Notes under the pieces: generated by a model
Database searches by the model: none
Told to the model about the DNA's origin: nothing
What the model saw: only the letters and a program-made list of their open reading frames with translations
Translations under genes and position numbers: made by a program
NCBI GenBank assembly: GCA_000004985.1
Contig: GG738920.1
DNA length: 64,000 nucleotides
Strand: one strand, 5' to 3'
DNA from: Naegleria gruberi
Lineage: Eukaryota
Part shown: positions 11,020-23,488 of the stretch, one piece after another
Numbering within the stretch: position 1 is the first letter of the stretch
How the letters are laid out: each line of letters starts with the position of its first letter

Positions 11020-14000
11020 TTATTTCTTTTCAAAAGGTGTACAGAATGCAGTGTTTGTTGCAAAATGATGGAAGACTTCATGATTTTGTTTTTCAACTTG
11101 TGACATGACTCTCTTTCTAATAATCTTATCTTCATTGTGATGAATGAGATAGAGTAAGCAAACTAGCAGTACAAACACCACAATACTAATAATCAAATGT
11201 GGTAAGAATGCGGCTGTTGTATAAACTCTCAAACCAAAGAATACAATCAAAAACCAAGCTGACATGGAAAGTGCAATAATGAATACTTTCACAACGAGGA
11301 TAACTTTCTTCTGAATGGAAATGAAATCAATTCCCTTTGGTTTGTTATCAATTATGTCCAAATTATAACCAGCAGGAGCAGTGTAAATTTCTTGAAGTAA
11401 ATACCTGTCAATCCAATGTTTCATCATCATGTAGAATAATCCACATGGTAAAATAATTGGAATAAAAACTGAATAACACATGCACAAAGTGAAAACAGCC
11501 AAAATCTTTGCATAATTAGTATCAACAGAAAAATAGAATTGATCAGTGGCAGCTCTCAATTTCTCTAGAGGAGATTTTGCCTTTCTGTAAGGAGAAAGCT
11601 TTGTTTTCCAAATATACCAGAAAGCATCTTCAGTTCTAATCAAGTCATCCAAATTACCAATCAATGCATACTGAATAGCAGTCGATACCATCAATGCACC
11701 AGATGCTGGAAGGAAGATATTTGCAAGCATTTCTTGGAAATTCTCTTCAGTCTTGATATAATTGACAATACCATCCATAGAAGACAACCACAAGCTTGGC
11801 ATGACTAAAATGGTAAGAACCATGTAGAAATACTTTCTGAGAAGATAAATTCTCTTGTACTCTTGATTACTATCATATTTACCAAGCATGGTTACCTTAC
11901 TGATAACAAAACCAATTAATCTAGAAATCCAATAGAGGAAGAATGATGGCAAGAATTGGAAGAAAATACTTCCAACAATACCTGTGGCTCTTTGAATTTT
12001 TTGAATATCCATATCTACAACACCAACATTGAAAAGTGATTGAATAGCAGAGAGTATTGATGCAGGACTTGAGGCAACTATGAAGAATAGAACCAAGAAA
12101 AGATGGATCATTATATTGGTTGCAATTCCTTCATATCTTGAGCCTGTCAAACCAGAACTTCTGCAAACTGTGTACCAGTTAATATCAGTTGGTTCTTGAT
12201 CTAATGGGTGGATGGTAATCACATTATTTTGTAATCTAATTTCATTATTCAAATATCTTCCCAAAACATCTTTAACATGAGAGGTATTCTTGAAAATTAA
12301 ATAAGCAACTCCACTGCTGCTAATTCCTTCATTGTTTACGAAAATTGAAGATATTGGATCATTATTATTGGTTTCTTCAGCTTTAGTGTCCTCAATTTGA
12401 ATATCTTCCATAAAACTTGAATCATCAAAGCTGTCAATACTATTAACTTTTGGAATTTCTCTATTTTTGGTATGAAGTAACTGGTTGTATGAGGCATCCC
12501 ATTTACTGACCTCCTTACGGATCAGCCTTTTTCTCGTTTCTAAATGTTGAATAGCTTCCTCAGTATTCAACATGTTAATTTTCTTTCCGTGAGTATGTAC
12601 ACCAAAGCAGTGGGAAAGAACATTTTTGGAATCCACGACACCTTCATCAAAGATGACATGCTCCTTAAGGGAAAGTAATTCTTCTCCTCTTTCCAACTTC
12701 AAATGGATAAAGTGATCCAAATCTTCCTCAATATGTTTTAAAATTGCTGACATGGTTAATCTATTGATAAAGTCATAAATCAAAACTGATCTCAAAATTT
12801 TGCTGTCCTCATGATCTACTTTCAAATTGTCGTTAAAGTAAATCTCAACAAACGATTCAAAATCCTTCAAATTTGTCATTTCCCTTGGCAATCCTTTTAC
12901 AACGACAACATATGGAGAAATAATTTCTTTAGGATCAATAGATTTCTCCTTATTATGAATAGCAATAGAAGTGCTATCTGTTTCTTGGAATATTTCAAAT
13001 AGGCCATCCTTTTGTGATGAAATAATATTACTATCCTCTTGGTGTACTATTTCTTCTCTTGATTGATTCTCTACAACAACCTCATGAAAAACAAAGTGGA
13101 AAAAGAAGAAGAGTCCAACACAAATTGAAATTATACCAACAACTACGTGAGCATACAATGCAACAGGTGAGTCAATAACCATTTCAACAGTCGTTCTCAA
13201 TAATATATTGTCCTCTTGCGTTAAATTCTTGATTGGCTTAATACCTTTTTGCAAAACATCACTATTCGAATATAAAGAGATGTCATCAGAAGAAGGTAAA
13301 TAATTGAAACTACTACTACTATTATTCATAGAATACTCAAATATTGGAGGATTACCCGAAAGATGGATTGGTAACAATACCACACAAGCCAATATACTAC
13401 AAACCAACATGATATAAAGTATAATTTGTTGGAAATACAAGTAAATTACAATGTCCTTTCCATAGAGAGCCATCATTTTCTTTCTCTCCTGTTTTGCCTT
13501 CGAAGGAACAAAGAAGGACACAATTCCCTCCCTAAAGTGAGCAAGCATTGTTGGGAAGAACAAGATGGTAGAATTGAAAGCCTCCAAAATTACAATCTTC
13601 AATCTTCCTAACAAGTGCTTCTTCATCTCTGTTGGTTCGGAAGGAAGTTTTGGAATTTGATTAAAAGGATATTGATTAGAAACTTCTTGATAGGCACTCG
13701 TAATTTGATTAGTAATTGTACTGGCCGATGTATAATATTCATTATTACTATTTTCTACGTGTTGTTGTTGTTGTTGAGAATGATGGGATGAATCCTCTTC
13801 TTCATTAGCTTGCTGATGAGCCTTTTCCTCTTCCAAATCCCTCATGTATTCATCAAATAATTTCTTCTTTTTCCTCGGATTGAACAAAGACAATTGTCTA
13901 CAACATAAAAAGAATAATAACATATACAACAAGGCAATCAGAATATTGGCAACTAGAGTTGTCAACACTCCTCCTGCGCCTGCTATATTAAAATTAACTT

Positions 14001-14073
14001 GAATGGTACTATTGGGTGGTATAATGATAGGATCACCCTCTCCACCAAAGAGTGAAGAAGTGGTTAATGGCAT
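11020..14073 (-). CDS. CSC1/OSCA/TMEM63-family (DUF221, RSN1_7TM) stress-gated cation channel-like membrane protein
   Basis: 1017-aa single ORF. N-terminal TM then LSLFNPRK... region, central cytosolic domain, and a C-terminal multi-TM region with family-like blocks (PYRKAKSPLEKLRAATDQFYFS..., YSVFIPIILPCGLFYMMMKHWIDRYLL). ATG at 14071-14073. Confidence 0.5.
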   Translation of the reverse strand: MPLTTSSLFGGEGDPIIIPPNSTIQVNFNIAGAGGVLTTLVANILIALLYMLLFFLCCRQLSLFNPRKKKKLFDEYMRDLEEEKAHQQANEEEDSSHHSQQQQQHVENSNNEYYTSASTITNQITSAYQEVSNQYPFNQIPKLPSEPTEMKKHLLGRLKIVILEAFNSTILFFPTMLAHFREGIVSFFVPSKAKQERKKMMALYGKDIVIYLYFQQIILYIMLVCSILACVVLLPIHLSGNPPIFEYSMNNSSSSFNYLPSSDDISLYSNSDVLQKGIKPIKNLTQEDNILLRTTVEMVIDSPVALYAHVVVGIISICVGLFFFFHFVFHEVVVENQSREEIVHQEDSNIISSQKDGLFEIFQETDSTSIAIHNKEKSIDPKEIISPYVVVVKGLPREMTNLKDFESFVEIYFNDNLKVDHEDSKILRSVLIYDFINRLTMSAILKHIEEDLDHFIHLKLERGEELLSLKEHVIFDEGVVDSKNVLSHCFGVHTHGKKINMLNTEEAIQHLETRKRLIRKEVSKWDASYNQLLHTKNREIPKVNSIDSFDDSSFMEDIQIEDTKAEETNNNDPISSIFVNNEGISSSGVAYLIFKNTSHVKDVLGRYLNNEIRLQNNVITIHPLDQEPTDINWYTVCRSSGLTGSRYEGIATNIMIHLFLVLFFIVASSPASILSAIQSLFNVGVVDMDIQKIQRATGIVGSIFFQFLPSFFLYWISRLIGFVISKVTMLGKYDSNQEYKRIYLLRKYFYMVLTILVMPSLWLSSMDGIVNYIKTEENFQEMLANIFLPASGALMVSTAIQYALIGNLDDLIRTEDAFWYIWKTKLSPYRKAKSPLEKLRAATDQFYFSVDTNYAKILAVFTLCMCYSVFIPIILPCGLFYMMMKHWIDRYLLQEIYTAPAGYNLDIIDNKPKGIDFISIQKKVILVVKVFIIALSMSAWFLIVFFGLRVYTTAAFLPHLIISIVVFVLLVCLLYLIHHNEDKIIRKRVMSQVEKQNHEVFHHFATNTAFCTPFEKK

Positions 14074-14361
14074 CTATCTGTTCTGAGTAAATAAATTGAA
14101 AATTTCTCGTGCGAATTGTTTAGGTAATTGTTGTGGCTTTTTTTTTAATTTTAGTTGGAATATTTATTTTTGAACAAGTATCTGATTTGGGATGACCTAG
14201 AAGAAAAGTAGAGCATTGTTAGAAGAATAATAGTAAGTATGATCAAACTTACAACTTCAAAGTTATTCTAAACTATTTAATGAGATGTAAGTTTCTTGGT
14301 TCCTATGCAACATCTAACCAATGATGAGAACGAAATTGTCTAAATCCTTAACAGTGTAATT

Positions 14362-17300
14362 TTATTGAGATTGTGGATTTTTTTGATCTGATCTTTGATA
14401 AACAACAACAATATCTTCAGAGTTTTCGTATGGATTGTAAACTGATGATGTTGGATTCACATGATAATTTCTTGTGTCAGACGAATTATCATAAATCAAA
14501 ATATTACTATGATTTTCCTCATTCGATACTGGAGGTGCGCTTGGTTGTTGATTATTATTGGTTGCTGATGTTGTTGAGTTATTACTGAATTCTGTCATTT
14601 CGACATGAGTAGCTTGATTTGGTTTTGGTGGTGGAAGTTTCACATCTGGTGGAATGTTAATAGTGCTACTGCTGGTGATTGGAGGAACAGGAGGAATTGT
14701 TGAGGATGTGTTGGTTGCGAATAATTGATTTCTGGCCTCTCGTTCTCTTCTTAAGCGTTCCTCTCTGTCTATTCTTTCCATTGCTTCTCTTTCTCTTCTG
14801 AGGTTCTCTTCTTGCATTCTTGAAACAGAATTATCAACTTGAATGGTGTGGTTTCGTCTATTTTCTTCACTATCTGTATCTGAATGAGGTGCAGTAGATG
14901 CGTTGGAATGAGTTGTTATATTATGGTGCTGTCTTGCTGATTTGGTAGCGAAAATGGATTTGAAAATCCACTGATCATTCACTGATTTCTTAATTAAATA
15001 GTCAGCAAGTGCAGTTCCAAGGAAAAGAACTGTCAGGAATAGGAAAATAGTTCCAAGAACTAATCCTGAAATACCCAATGCTTGAATCTGATCAAAGCTG
15101 GTATTCAAGAAGATTATTTCAGAATTTGGGCATCTTAACTTGGCTGTTGCAATGGATCCCATTGTAAAATTGTTCTTTGTGATACTTGGTTGATATAACA
15201 CACCATTAATTGTCATATTAGATGGATAAGTCGAACTGGAAGAGTACTTAATGCATGAAAGGGTTCTATCTTGTGTATCCATTATAGTGGCATAGGTAGT
15301 TATGGAACTAGGTGCTCTATATTTACAGCAGGTATAATAAGTAGCATTTCCCAATTGAGCGCCATTTGGAATAATGTCACTTTCGGTATTTGATAGTGTT
15401 GCTATTCCCACTCCCATAGAAATGAGCAATCCAACATAGAATGCAACACTACAGAATAAACAAACAAATCCAAGAATTAGGTTGGACACTATCGTATGGA
15501 CTTTCTTTTTGGTTAACTTTTCCAATATACTGGAAAGTGCTGGACCAAGCAATAATACTAAATCATAAAATACTGTCATTCCTGATCCTTTCTTGAATGC
15601 ATTCAACGAGGCATCATAATTGGCACTGATAGATGGATCTTTAAGTGCTCCATTATAGATCAAGAATAAACAAAGTACTAAATAAAGAACTGATACAATG
15701 AATAAACCTCCCATTACACCCAAGGTAATCAGAATTGGAAGAGTTTCAGGTTGCACTTGAGCATCCTCTTCCACAAAAACGTAGGCATAATTAGAGGTGT
15801 ATTTAGAATTGGTGGTTGATGGGAAAATCATACTAAAGAATAGGAAAGTCTTACTGTCGACCATCTCTTGTGTAATTTTCATTCTAGCATTCAACTTGGT
15901 GAAGGATTGTTGATACTTGTAATTGTAATAGGTTACATCGTAATAATTGAAGAGGGTCTTGTTCATTGGAATTAGTTCACTAGTAGTCCAATCGACCAAG
16001 AAGACGTTTTCGTCATTTGGGATTGCGTAACTAGTTGTGAATTCTACATTAATATACTTATCAATAGTGGATTGTGAAATGTTCAAACTACTTGCATTCA
16101 GATAGAGATTAGGATATTTCAAGTCAATAGCTGACTCTGAATTATATCTAACAGTGGGAGTATAGCTGTGTTCGAAATAGATGTTTGAACTTAAATAGCA
16201 AGAATATGCATTCGTAACAATAGAGCCAGGAATTTCTCTAAAGAAGAGATAGATTTGCTGTCCTATCATGTCCAATTTCGAAGGTGAAATTAGACGAAAG
16301 TTGGATTCTTGCAATGAAAATGTTCCTGTGTTTGAAAAAGAATACCTCAAAGAATAGACTTTCGAAGAATTTTTAAAGGATAGGTCAGATATTTTCATAT
16401 CATAATCTGTTGTGGTTGGTTTTTGGCCAATTTTAGCATAAACCTCATATGATCTATCAAATATTCCCAACCTACTATCCAAATTAATAGTTAAATCGCT
16501 AGAGATAAGGTAGGTTCTATCAACATTGAGGGTATAATAGAAATCACCAGACAATGTTGATAAGTAATTTTTAGCATTAGTTCCAAATACATTATTGGTA
16601 TAGTTTGCAGCATAATAATAAAATGTAATTTGAGAATATTGGAGAGATGGATCAATAAACAATCCAAATTTCCAAATGTTTCCCTTGATTCCTGTTGTTG
16701 GGGTGAGAAGTGAAATCTGTGCCTCGTACGGAGAAGCAATGTTTGAAGAGTTACAGTTCAAAGTTTGATTGTAAAGTTCGTTAGATTGAATTGTTCTGGT
16801 TGCTCCATTAGAATTCAATGAATTATCAATAAAATCCTGAGTACCAATAAGAGATAGTTTTGAAGGTTGATTATATCTTGGTAAACCTTTAACAGTTGCC
16901 CTAACAAATAACCTTACAGTGTCAGAAGTTACCTTACTAGTGTCAAGGAATAACCAGTGGACTCCATTAGATACAGATGCTTTTGCTTGATTTTGAGACC
17001 CTGCTACTTTTAAAGAAATAGTGGATGGATTTGAAAATAAAGTAGGATAAGAAAGAGTCAAATTAACAGTGCACAATTGACATCTTGTCTCAAAAAAATA
17101 AAGAAAATTCTTGGAAGAAAGTTGAGCATTCGGAAATTGATTCTTTGGGACAGAAGATCCCTTCATTTGACTCATTAACTCAATGCTTGGTGATTTTAAA
17201 GTGTTAAACGCAATAAATTTGTCTGTACTTGAATCATCATTGACAAAGGTCAAATTTGTCAACAATGGAATGGATTCCAATTTGTTAATTGTTGAAATGG

Positions 17301-18786
17301 TCAGTCCAAATGCTTCACCTATTTCATTCTTTTCTGTAAAAATTGAATTGATTGTCAAGCTGTCATCACTCAATGTTGAATAAAACTTTCGTGACAAGTA
17401 CAATCTGAATGTGGCAGAGGTTGCTTCAACTCTCAAATAAATGGCTGTGTTACTCGATCCTGTGCAGTCTAATTGCTCTGATGGAACAACCAAGAATAAT
17501 CGAGACCCAATAAAATCTTTGTCAATGAACGAAATCTTTTTTTGTTCCATTGTCTTGTTGGAGAGAATGAATAAACTTCCAGAAAATGCACTAGATGCAA
17601 TCAAGTTCACTTGAAGCCAACAATTGTTTGAATTGAATGGGCTTTGTGCTTCATGAATGAAATACGACAAATCTGAAACTTGACTCTTCACAACCATGGA
17701 TGGATTTGAGCTTATTTCTGAATTGGTTGAAACTTGCTTGGTTTGGAAAATTGAATATGAAAACGATTTTGAATTATCTGATGAATTCATTTCCTCAACA
17801 AAATCATTCGATGAATCAACTGATATGTCAATGGAAGAGGAAACAGATGTCTCACTTTTCGATCCATTCAATTTGAAATTTACATCAAATGTCAATGTTT
17901 CCAAATATGATAAATTGACATTATAAAGTGTGAATGTCATCTTTGAGGATGATACTGTGCTATTCTCAATTTCAGGATAAATGTCCACTATGTTGGAAGA
18001 AGAAATCTTTCTTATACTCTGCAATGAAACTAGTGATATTGATAATATTGAAGAACTTATGGTAATAGTGATATTGACAGCTGGATCAATGGCCTTATTA
18101 TTGACTACAATTGGAATATTGGCAGAATCTGTCATATTATTTACAAAAAGTCCATTGAATGGTTCAGATTTGACTTGATTATATGAAGAAGGAGTAAGAA
18201 AATTAATTGAACTGCTATTTGATGCTAACACCAAATCAACAATTGTTGTGTCATTTGTAACATAGCAAAAACCCAACTTGACTTGAGTCATAAAGAGTGA
18301 AACTGTTGGATTTGCATTTCGTGTTGTAATTTTGAAAGTATTGATATCACTTAAATTCAAATAAGATGTAATTGCTTGACTATTCAAATCTAAACTAAAG
18401 GTTGATCCGTTACAAAAGGAATAGGTTGGTAATGGAAGATTCATTATGAAAATATCATTGATTAAAACAGATGTTGTGTGTTGATATTGACTATTTGATG
18501 TTGGGGAGAAGACGTACTTGGCTGTTACTGTCAAACCACTTCCAAGAATGATCTTTCCTTTGGTTGTGTATGGAAATGTTGCAACAAGATCCAGTGTATT
18601 TAATACCTTATATGCAGAGGTTGAACATGTAAGATCAGAGGCCATATTTTTGCTATCAAAATACGAATCCATCACTATTGAATCGGTACACATCTTTTTT
18701 GCCATTATAACCGACTGTTGGCAACACAAACAGGTCAACAACAGTAGCGTAAACAGTTGGACGAAACTTGCTGAGTTTCCTTTCAT
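14362..18786 (-). CDS. large (1474 aa) Ser/Thr/Asn-rich transmembrane glycoprotein, hypothetical
   Basis: Signal peptide (MKGNSASFVQLFTLLLLTCLC), about 950-aa S/T/N-rich ectodomain with many N-x-S/T sites, 3-4 TM segments, and a C-terminal charged (RREREAMERIDREERLRREREAR) and Pro-rich tail. Confidence 0.45.
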   Translation of the reverse strand: MKGNSASFVQLFTLLLLTCLCCQQSVIMAKKMCTDSIVMDSYFDSKNMASDLTCSTSAYKVLNTLDLVATFPYTTKGKIILGSGLTVTAKYVFSPTSNSQYQHTTSVLINDIFIMNLPLPTYSFCNGSTFSLDLNSQAITSYLNLSDINTFKITTRNANPTVSLFMTQVKLGFCYVTNDTTIVDLVLASNSSSINFLTPSSYNQVKSEPFNGLFVNNMTDSANIPIVVNNKAIDPAVNITITISSSILSISLVSLQSIRKISSSNIVDIYPEIENSTVSSSKMTFTLYNVNLSYLETLTFDVNFKLNGSKSETSVSSSIDISVDSSNDFVEEMNSSDNSKSFSYSIFQTKQVSTNSEISSNPSMVVKSQVSDLSYFIHEAQSPFNSNNCWLQVNLIASSAFSGSLFILSNKTMEQKKISFIDKDFIGSRLFLVVPSEQLDCTGSSNTAIYLRVEATSATFRLYLSRKFYSTLSDDSLTINSIFTEKNEIGEAFGLTISTINKLESIPLLTNLTFVNDDSSTDKFIAFNTLKSPSIELMSQMKGSSVPKNQFPNAQLSSKNFLYFFETRCQLCTVNLTLSYPTLFSNPSTISLKVAGSQNQAKASVSNGVHWLFLDTSKVTSDTVRLFVRATVKGLPRYNQPSKLSLIGTQDFIDNSLNSNGATRTIQSNELYNQTLNCNSSNIASPYEAQISLLTPTTGIKGNIWKFGLFIDPSLQYSQITFYYYAANYTNNVFGTNAKNYLSTLSGDFYYTLNVDRTYLISSDLTINLDSRLGIFDRSYEVYAKIGQKPTTTDYDMKISDLSFKNSSKVYSLRYSFSNTGTFSLQESNFRLISPSKLDMIGQQIYLFFREIPGSIVTNAYSCYLSSNIYFEHSYTPTVRYNSESAIDLKYPNLYLNASSLNISQSTIDKYINVEFTTSYAIPNDENVFLVDWTTSELIPMNKTLFNYYDVTYYNYKYQQSFTKLNARMKITQEMVDSKTFLFFSMIFPSTTNSKYTSNYAYVFVEEDAQVQPETLPILITLGVMGGLFIVSVLYLVLCLFLIYNGALKDPSISANYDASLNAFKKGSGMTVFYDLVLLLGPALSSILEKLTKKKVHTIVSNLILGFVCLFCSVAFYVGLLISMGVGIATLSNTESDIIPNGAQLGNATYYTCCKYRAPSSITTYATIMDTQDRTLSCIKYSSSSTYPSNMTINGVLYQPSITKNNFTMGSIATAKLRCPNSEIIFLNTSFDQIQALGISGLVLGTIFLFLTVLFLGTALADYLIKKSVNDQWIFKSIFATKSARQHHNITTHSNASTAPHSDTDSEENRRNHTIQVDNSVSRMQEENLRREREAMERIDREERLRREREARNQLFATNTSSTIPPVPPITSSSTINIPPDVKLPPPKPNQATHVEMTEFSNNSTTSATNNNQQPSAPPVSNEENHSNILIYDNSSDTRNYHVNPTSSVYNPYENSEDIVVVYQRSDQKNPQSQ

Positions 18787-19009
18787 TTTTTTTGTTTTGA
18801 TTTCTTTTTAGTTCCCACCTGAACTTGATCGATTTGATATCCATTTGGTCTAGACCCAACCAGGTCACGATCGTACACTTCTATACAAAAACAGAGAGTT
18901 CTATTTTCATCATGTACTTGCAATTACTATTATTTAATAATATTGTAATCGTCTAAAATGTTAATTCACAAACTAATACAATAACAAACGTTTTGATTAA
19001 TTGTGCAAA

Positions 19010-20000
19010 TTATTTCTTGGCTTTGTCTGCTTCCATCTTTTCAGATAACCAAAGACCAAGTTTCGAAAAACATGGAGAATTGAAGAGGCATAGCTGATAA
19101 TCTCCAACTGAAGTGGTGTTAATGGCTTCCTCATTGCTCGTTACATTGTTAGTCTTTTGTAGACAATCTAAAATGTATCTTTTACAGTGTACAGTCATTA
19201 ATTGCATTGCCAAAACATGGAAAGATGGTGGTAATAGAACGATATTATCTCCATATCCAACGACTGTTTTCAGTGTTTTTTGCAGTTTAAGCTTTTCAAC
19301 AATTTCATCCATTTGATTTCTGTCTTTATCGGTAAATTCTATTTCGGTTTGATCTGAAGCATCTTCAAGATGAGCGTTTTGGTCATCCTTTAGAATAGTT
19401 AAGTAATGTTTAAACTTTTGCAATGATTCCTTCTGGTTACATAAATGTCTATAATCTTCAATAGAATTAGCATGATGTTGCAAATTTGGATCTGTAATTC
19501 CATCAAAAGTTGCCTTTCCACATGATCGTAAATCTTCCACTAATTTTCTTCTTTCCATGGCCGAAAATTTCTTTTCCAACAAATCAACTCCACTCCAATC
19601 CTTCATACATTCATAATTTCCACCAAGCATTGCTTGTCCTAAGAATTCCAAATTTTAATGTAAAATTATTTAAATTATGAATAATATTAAATCAAATTCA
19701 TGAATATTGATCGGATCAAAACCTACCCATAGCCACATTATTAAACAAAAATTCTGTGTCTGATAAAGAGTATTCTTCCTTCGGAACCAATTCATCAAAA
19801 TCTCTCAGCTTCAACTCTGTAGCCTTTGTTTGAATTCGTGTATGTGCGAGAGCAAAGAATGAAAAAACTTGTTCATTGTGATCAAGAATAGCATCATCAA
19901 ATTCTGGTTTTACCTTCTCTGGTATGGAAAAGGTATCAAAAGTGGTATCTGTTTTATATTCGTATGGCGGAGGTGGTGCTTGGCTTGCTTGTTGTCCCAT
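19010..20000 (-). CDS. hypothetical N-myristoylation-motif protein. complement(join(19010..19638,19727..20000)).
   Basis: Start MGQQASQAPPPPYEYK (Met-Gly, A-rich Kozak aaaaaaaATGggac). An 88-nt GTAGGT...CTTAG intron joins the 128-aa and 213-aa track ORFs in frame (phase 1). Confidence 0.45.
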
Positions 20001-20113
20001 TTTTTTTGTTTTGTGATTGGTTTTTAATTTTGATTTGTAAAGAATCTTAATATATTGTAAAGATTTTAATGAGATTGATTTGTAAGAGAATGGGAATGGC
20101 AAAGCATATCAAG

Positions 20114-23100
20114 CTACTTTTTCTTTTTGTTAGGATAGGAGGAAGAAAAACTTCCTGATCTCTTTGGTTGGTGTGTAATTAGAGAAGATGAAGCTTGTGT
20201 TGGTTGCTGTTGAATGATGGGAGTGTTTGATAGTAAATTCTCCAAATAATTCAGGGCATCCTTAGTTTTGCTGCACTGTTCGTAAATGTTTAAACGAGGA
20301 TTAGAGATCTTTTGAATAATTACACTTGCAGTCCTCTGGTTCGTCTCGAAAGTAATATAAGAGAACAATCCAGTTACTGAATGTAGATTTGTTTCAATGT
20401 GAGATCGTAATAGTGGCATAGTTCTGTGTAGTTCATATTTCTTTGATGCTGGATTGCTGTTCTGGAGGAAATTATTAATATCTCTGCAATTTGAACAATT
20501 AGTTTCACATACAAAGGTTGGAAGTGACCAGTCCCTTACGTCAGCTTTTTCTTGAATATTGAGAATTGATTTAATAAGCTCAATACTACAGGTGACAAGT
20601 TGAGCAAATGCTTTAACATCAATGAATGCACTCTTACCATACGTAATCTCAATATATTTGATGAGAGGAATAAGTATTTTGGCAACTCCAACAAAATCTT
20701 TAATTTTTGAAGTGATTGCTGACGTAACTTCTGATAATTCATTTGGAAAATTGCAATAGCAGATAGCTGAAATAATGGCCTTGCAATTTTCCACACTAAT
20801 ATCATCCGTTATGAACTGATTAATTATCCTTTCTCTAAGTTTCAATAGCATGACATTGGCAACTTCATGATCACCAAGTCCATTCAAGTGAATGACAAAT
20901 TTAAGGGAAGTATTCAAATCCATTTCTGTTATAATACCTTCCAAAAAGTTTTTAACTTCCTCACAAAAGAAATATTTTAGATAGTAAATAATAACAGTAT
21001 AGTACCTTAAAAATTTTTCCTTATTTCCCAATAATAGATTCAATGCTGAAACCATATATGAATGATAATTCTCCAAGTATTTCAATATTAATGATAGTTC
21101 AGTTTGATCTACGACCATACAACGCTTAATCATATAGACAGAAGTACTCTCCATTAGAGGGACAGCACATAATTGCATGCAATTCAATATTCTTTCTACA
21201 GCATAGGGCGAAAGATATCCTGTGGTTGATAAATATTCAAATACATAGTCACACAGGTCTGATGTAAGAGTTGAGTTTTCCTGTAGTAAAATAGTCTCAA
21301 AAGCAAAATCAAATATCATTTTGCTACTGAGATTAGATGTTATAAATTTGAAGAATGGTTGTTTGAAACTATTCATAAATCCAAAGGTGCTTATTAGGTC
21401 TTGCCATGATTTTAAGCATAAATGTTTGTTTGAAAATTCAGTAGCTATTTCATCATTCTTCAATTTAAGTACAGCATTTAGAAGGGCACTTTCTTGCAAC
21501 CAATTAGTCTTCATCATTTCCAATATTTTATCTACATTCGCCTTGTTTGGATTTTCAAGTTGATCATCTACCAACATGTCAAAATATTTATGCTTGCAAT
21601 TACTGTCCAAAAAACGCAAAGCATTAACATAATTCTTCTTTGGAATAATTGCTAAGCAAGAACGAGAATGATATCTTGAAAGTTTGTTAGAAATTTCAAT
21701 CATCTACACATACCTAAAATTAGCTTTAACCAGGAACCTATCATCATGATAAACATGAAAACCATCATTCTCAAAATCGTTAATACGATCAAACGGAATT
21801 ATTATTGAAATATCTGAAACTTTGATCTCCTTAGAAAATATTTCATTTCCATTCTTCAAATATTCAATGGTATAAGTAGAATACGAGTTTTCCAAATCCT
21901 CACTGTCAACATCGTCGAGATCACTATTTTCATAATTTCTTCCTCCTTCATTTTGAAGACGTTTATGACGTTTCCACTCCTGCACACTCATACTTGTAAC
22001 ATCACCTGATTTAGATTTGTGCATATTACCCAAGCATAGGTAGAAATTATTATGTATAGAGTTGTAATTACGTAACCAGTCATAGATAACAGCATCGTTT
22101 TCTTTCAAATTACTACCATCACTCAATTCATGTCTCGAATATTGTTCATTCAAAATATAAATAATGTAGGGAGTTTCTGATTCCCACTCATTAAGTGTTT
22201 TGCTCAGGTAGTTCAGTGTCATTTCTGCAGCATTGGCAGCTGGCATTAGATAATATGGCCCATTGAAAATAACATTATACACCAAAGCCAATCTTAATCC
22301 ACTTGTCAAAACATTTACCTTAAAATCACTCTCATGATAGAAAGCAACGTAGGATGTGGAATAGTGAGATTTTGATGAGTTTGGATAGAAATTTTCATTT
22401 GATTTGTATTTCACACTCATCTCTCCACCTGTATAGACAGAAGGAAGATAGACAACTAGAGTGGCAAACATCTTGTCCTCCTTTTTGTGATCTGAATGAA
22501 AATCGTATTGTCTTTCTCCTTCGAATAACAATAATTTGCTGAGCTTGACTATTACTTCCTTACCTGCTCCAACTCCTAATCCTTGTTTGATTTCCTTTTG
22601 TAATAAATTATTAATCATATCATTCCAATTAGGATTGGTAATTTCAAATTGATTTAATTCCAATTGCCATGGTTTAGTTTCTTCATTCATTGTGGTGAGT
22701 TGAATAATGTCATTGGCTTGTTCCTTCGAAGCAAATGGAAGTGAAATATTCCTTCTCTCCACCACAACATTCGTGTCATTTGACACTAGTAATTGCAAAC
22801 CAATAGCTGGATAGATGTCAAACTCTCCTCCCACAGAAAAGTTTCCCTCTAAAACATCAGGTACCAGTTCTGACAATATCTTGTCCATTCGTTTTGTGGT
22901 TTTTGATGGATGATAGTCCTCTTCTTCATCAGAGGTGAGGAAATAAATTTCATCATCGGAATCGTCTTCACTATCAGCTTTATCATTGTGCATGATCTCC
23001 TCATCTTCATCCGATGAATTAATTTCCATCACATTTTCAAGATTAGTTACTTCTTGATCATTCTGTGAATCATCATCTTCGGTAATATCGATTACTTCAT

Positions 23101-23290
23101 GTCCTTTGATACTCTCTATTACTGATGAGGCAGCAGCTCCAGTAGCAGCATTACTCGAAACCTCTTTTAATTGAATTGTGTTGATGATCATGTCCTCTTG
23201 TTGATCAAAGCAAAAACTTTCAACATCTGAATTTCCTGATGATAAATCTTCATCTAATAGAGGAGAATTTGGTGTGGTTGCTACCAACAT
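20114..23290 (-). CDS. about 1040-aa protein with N-terminal acidic region and a 2OG-Fe(II) oxygenase-like domain. complement(join(20114..21674,21714..23290)).
   Basis: The two track ORFs (528 aa and 529 aa) abut at 21703/21704. A 39-nt intron GTATGTGTAG...TTCTAAC...CAAG (21675..21713) removes the stop and keeps the frame. 2OG-oxygenase motifs: HSDHKKED...TLVVYLPSVYTGGE...H...GLRLALVYN. Confidence 0.5.
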
Positions 23291-23488
23291 TCTCTGATCG
23301 CCAATACTAAACCCAACTTCAGGTGATGATGCAGAAGTTTCCTTGCTGGTTTTCCTTTTGCATTTTTTAAAAAAAGATTAAAAATTAAATTTGTTAAAAT
23401 GTAACGGTTAAATTTTAACAACAACAATTTTAGGTAAATGACATATCTGACTCATTCCAATTTTTAACAATTCTACTGTGAAATTGTT

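Noticed and set aside
14220-14250. GTAAGT on + overlapping ACTTAC (GTAAGT on -) in the 5' flank of the OSCA-like gene
   Set aside because: A possible 5'-UTR intron, but there is no paired acceptor or coding context to support a call.
19716-20102. Track ORF starts at 20102, 1852, 9631, 24679, 32911, 43581, 49855 and 59237
   Set aside because: These begin with TTG/CTG/GTG, not ATG. The starts were moved to the first in-frame ATG, usually in an A-rich Kozak context. For the ANK-BTB gene, upstream exons were found instead.
21703-21704. Treating 21704 as a gene boundary between two abutting genes
   Set aside because: A zero-length intergenic region is implausible. A perfect 39-nt GTATGT/CTAAC/AG intron restores one frame.
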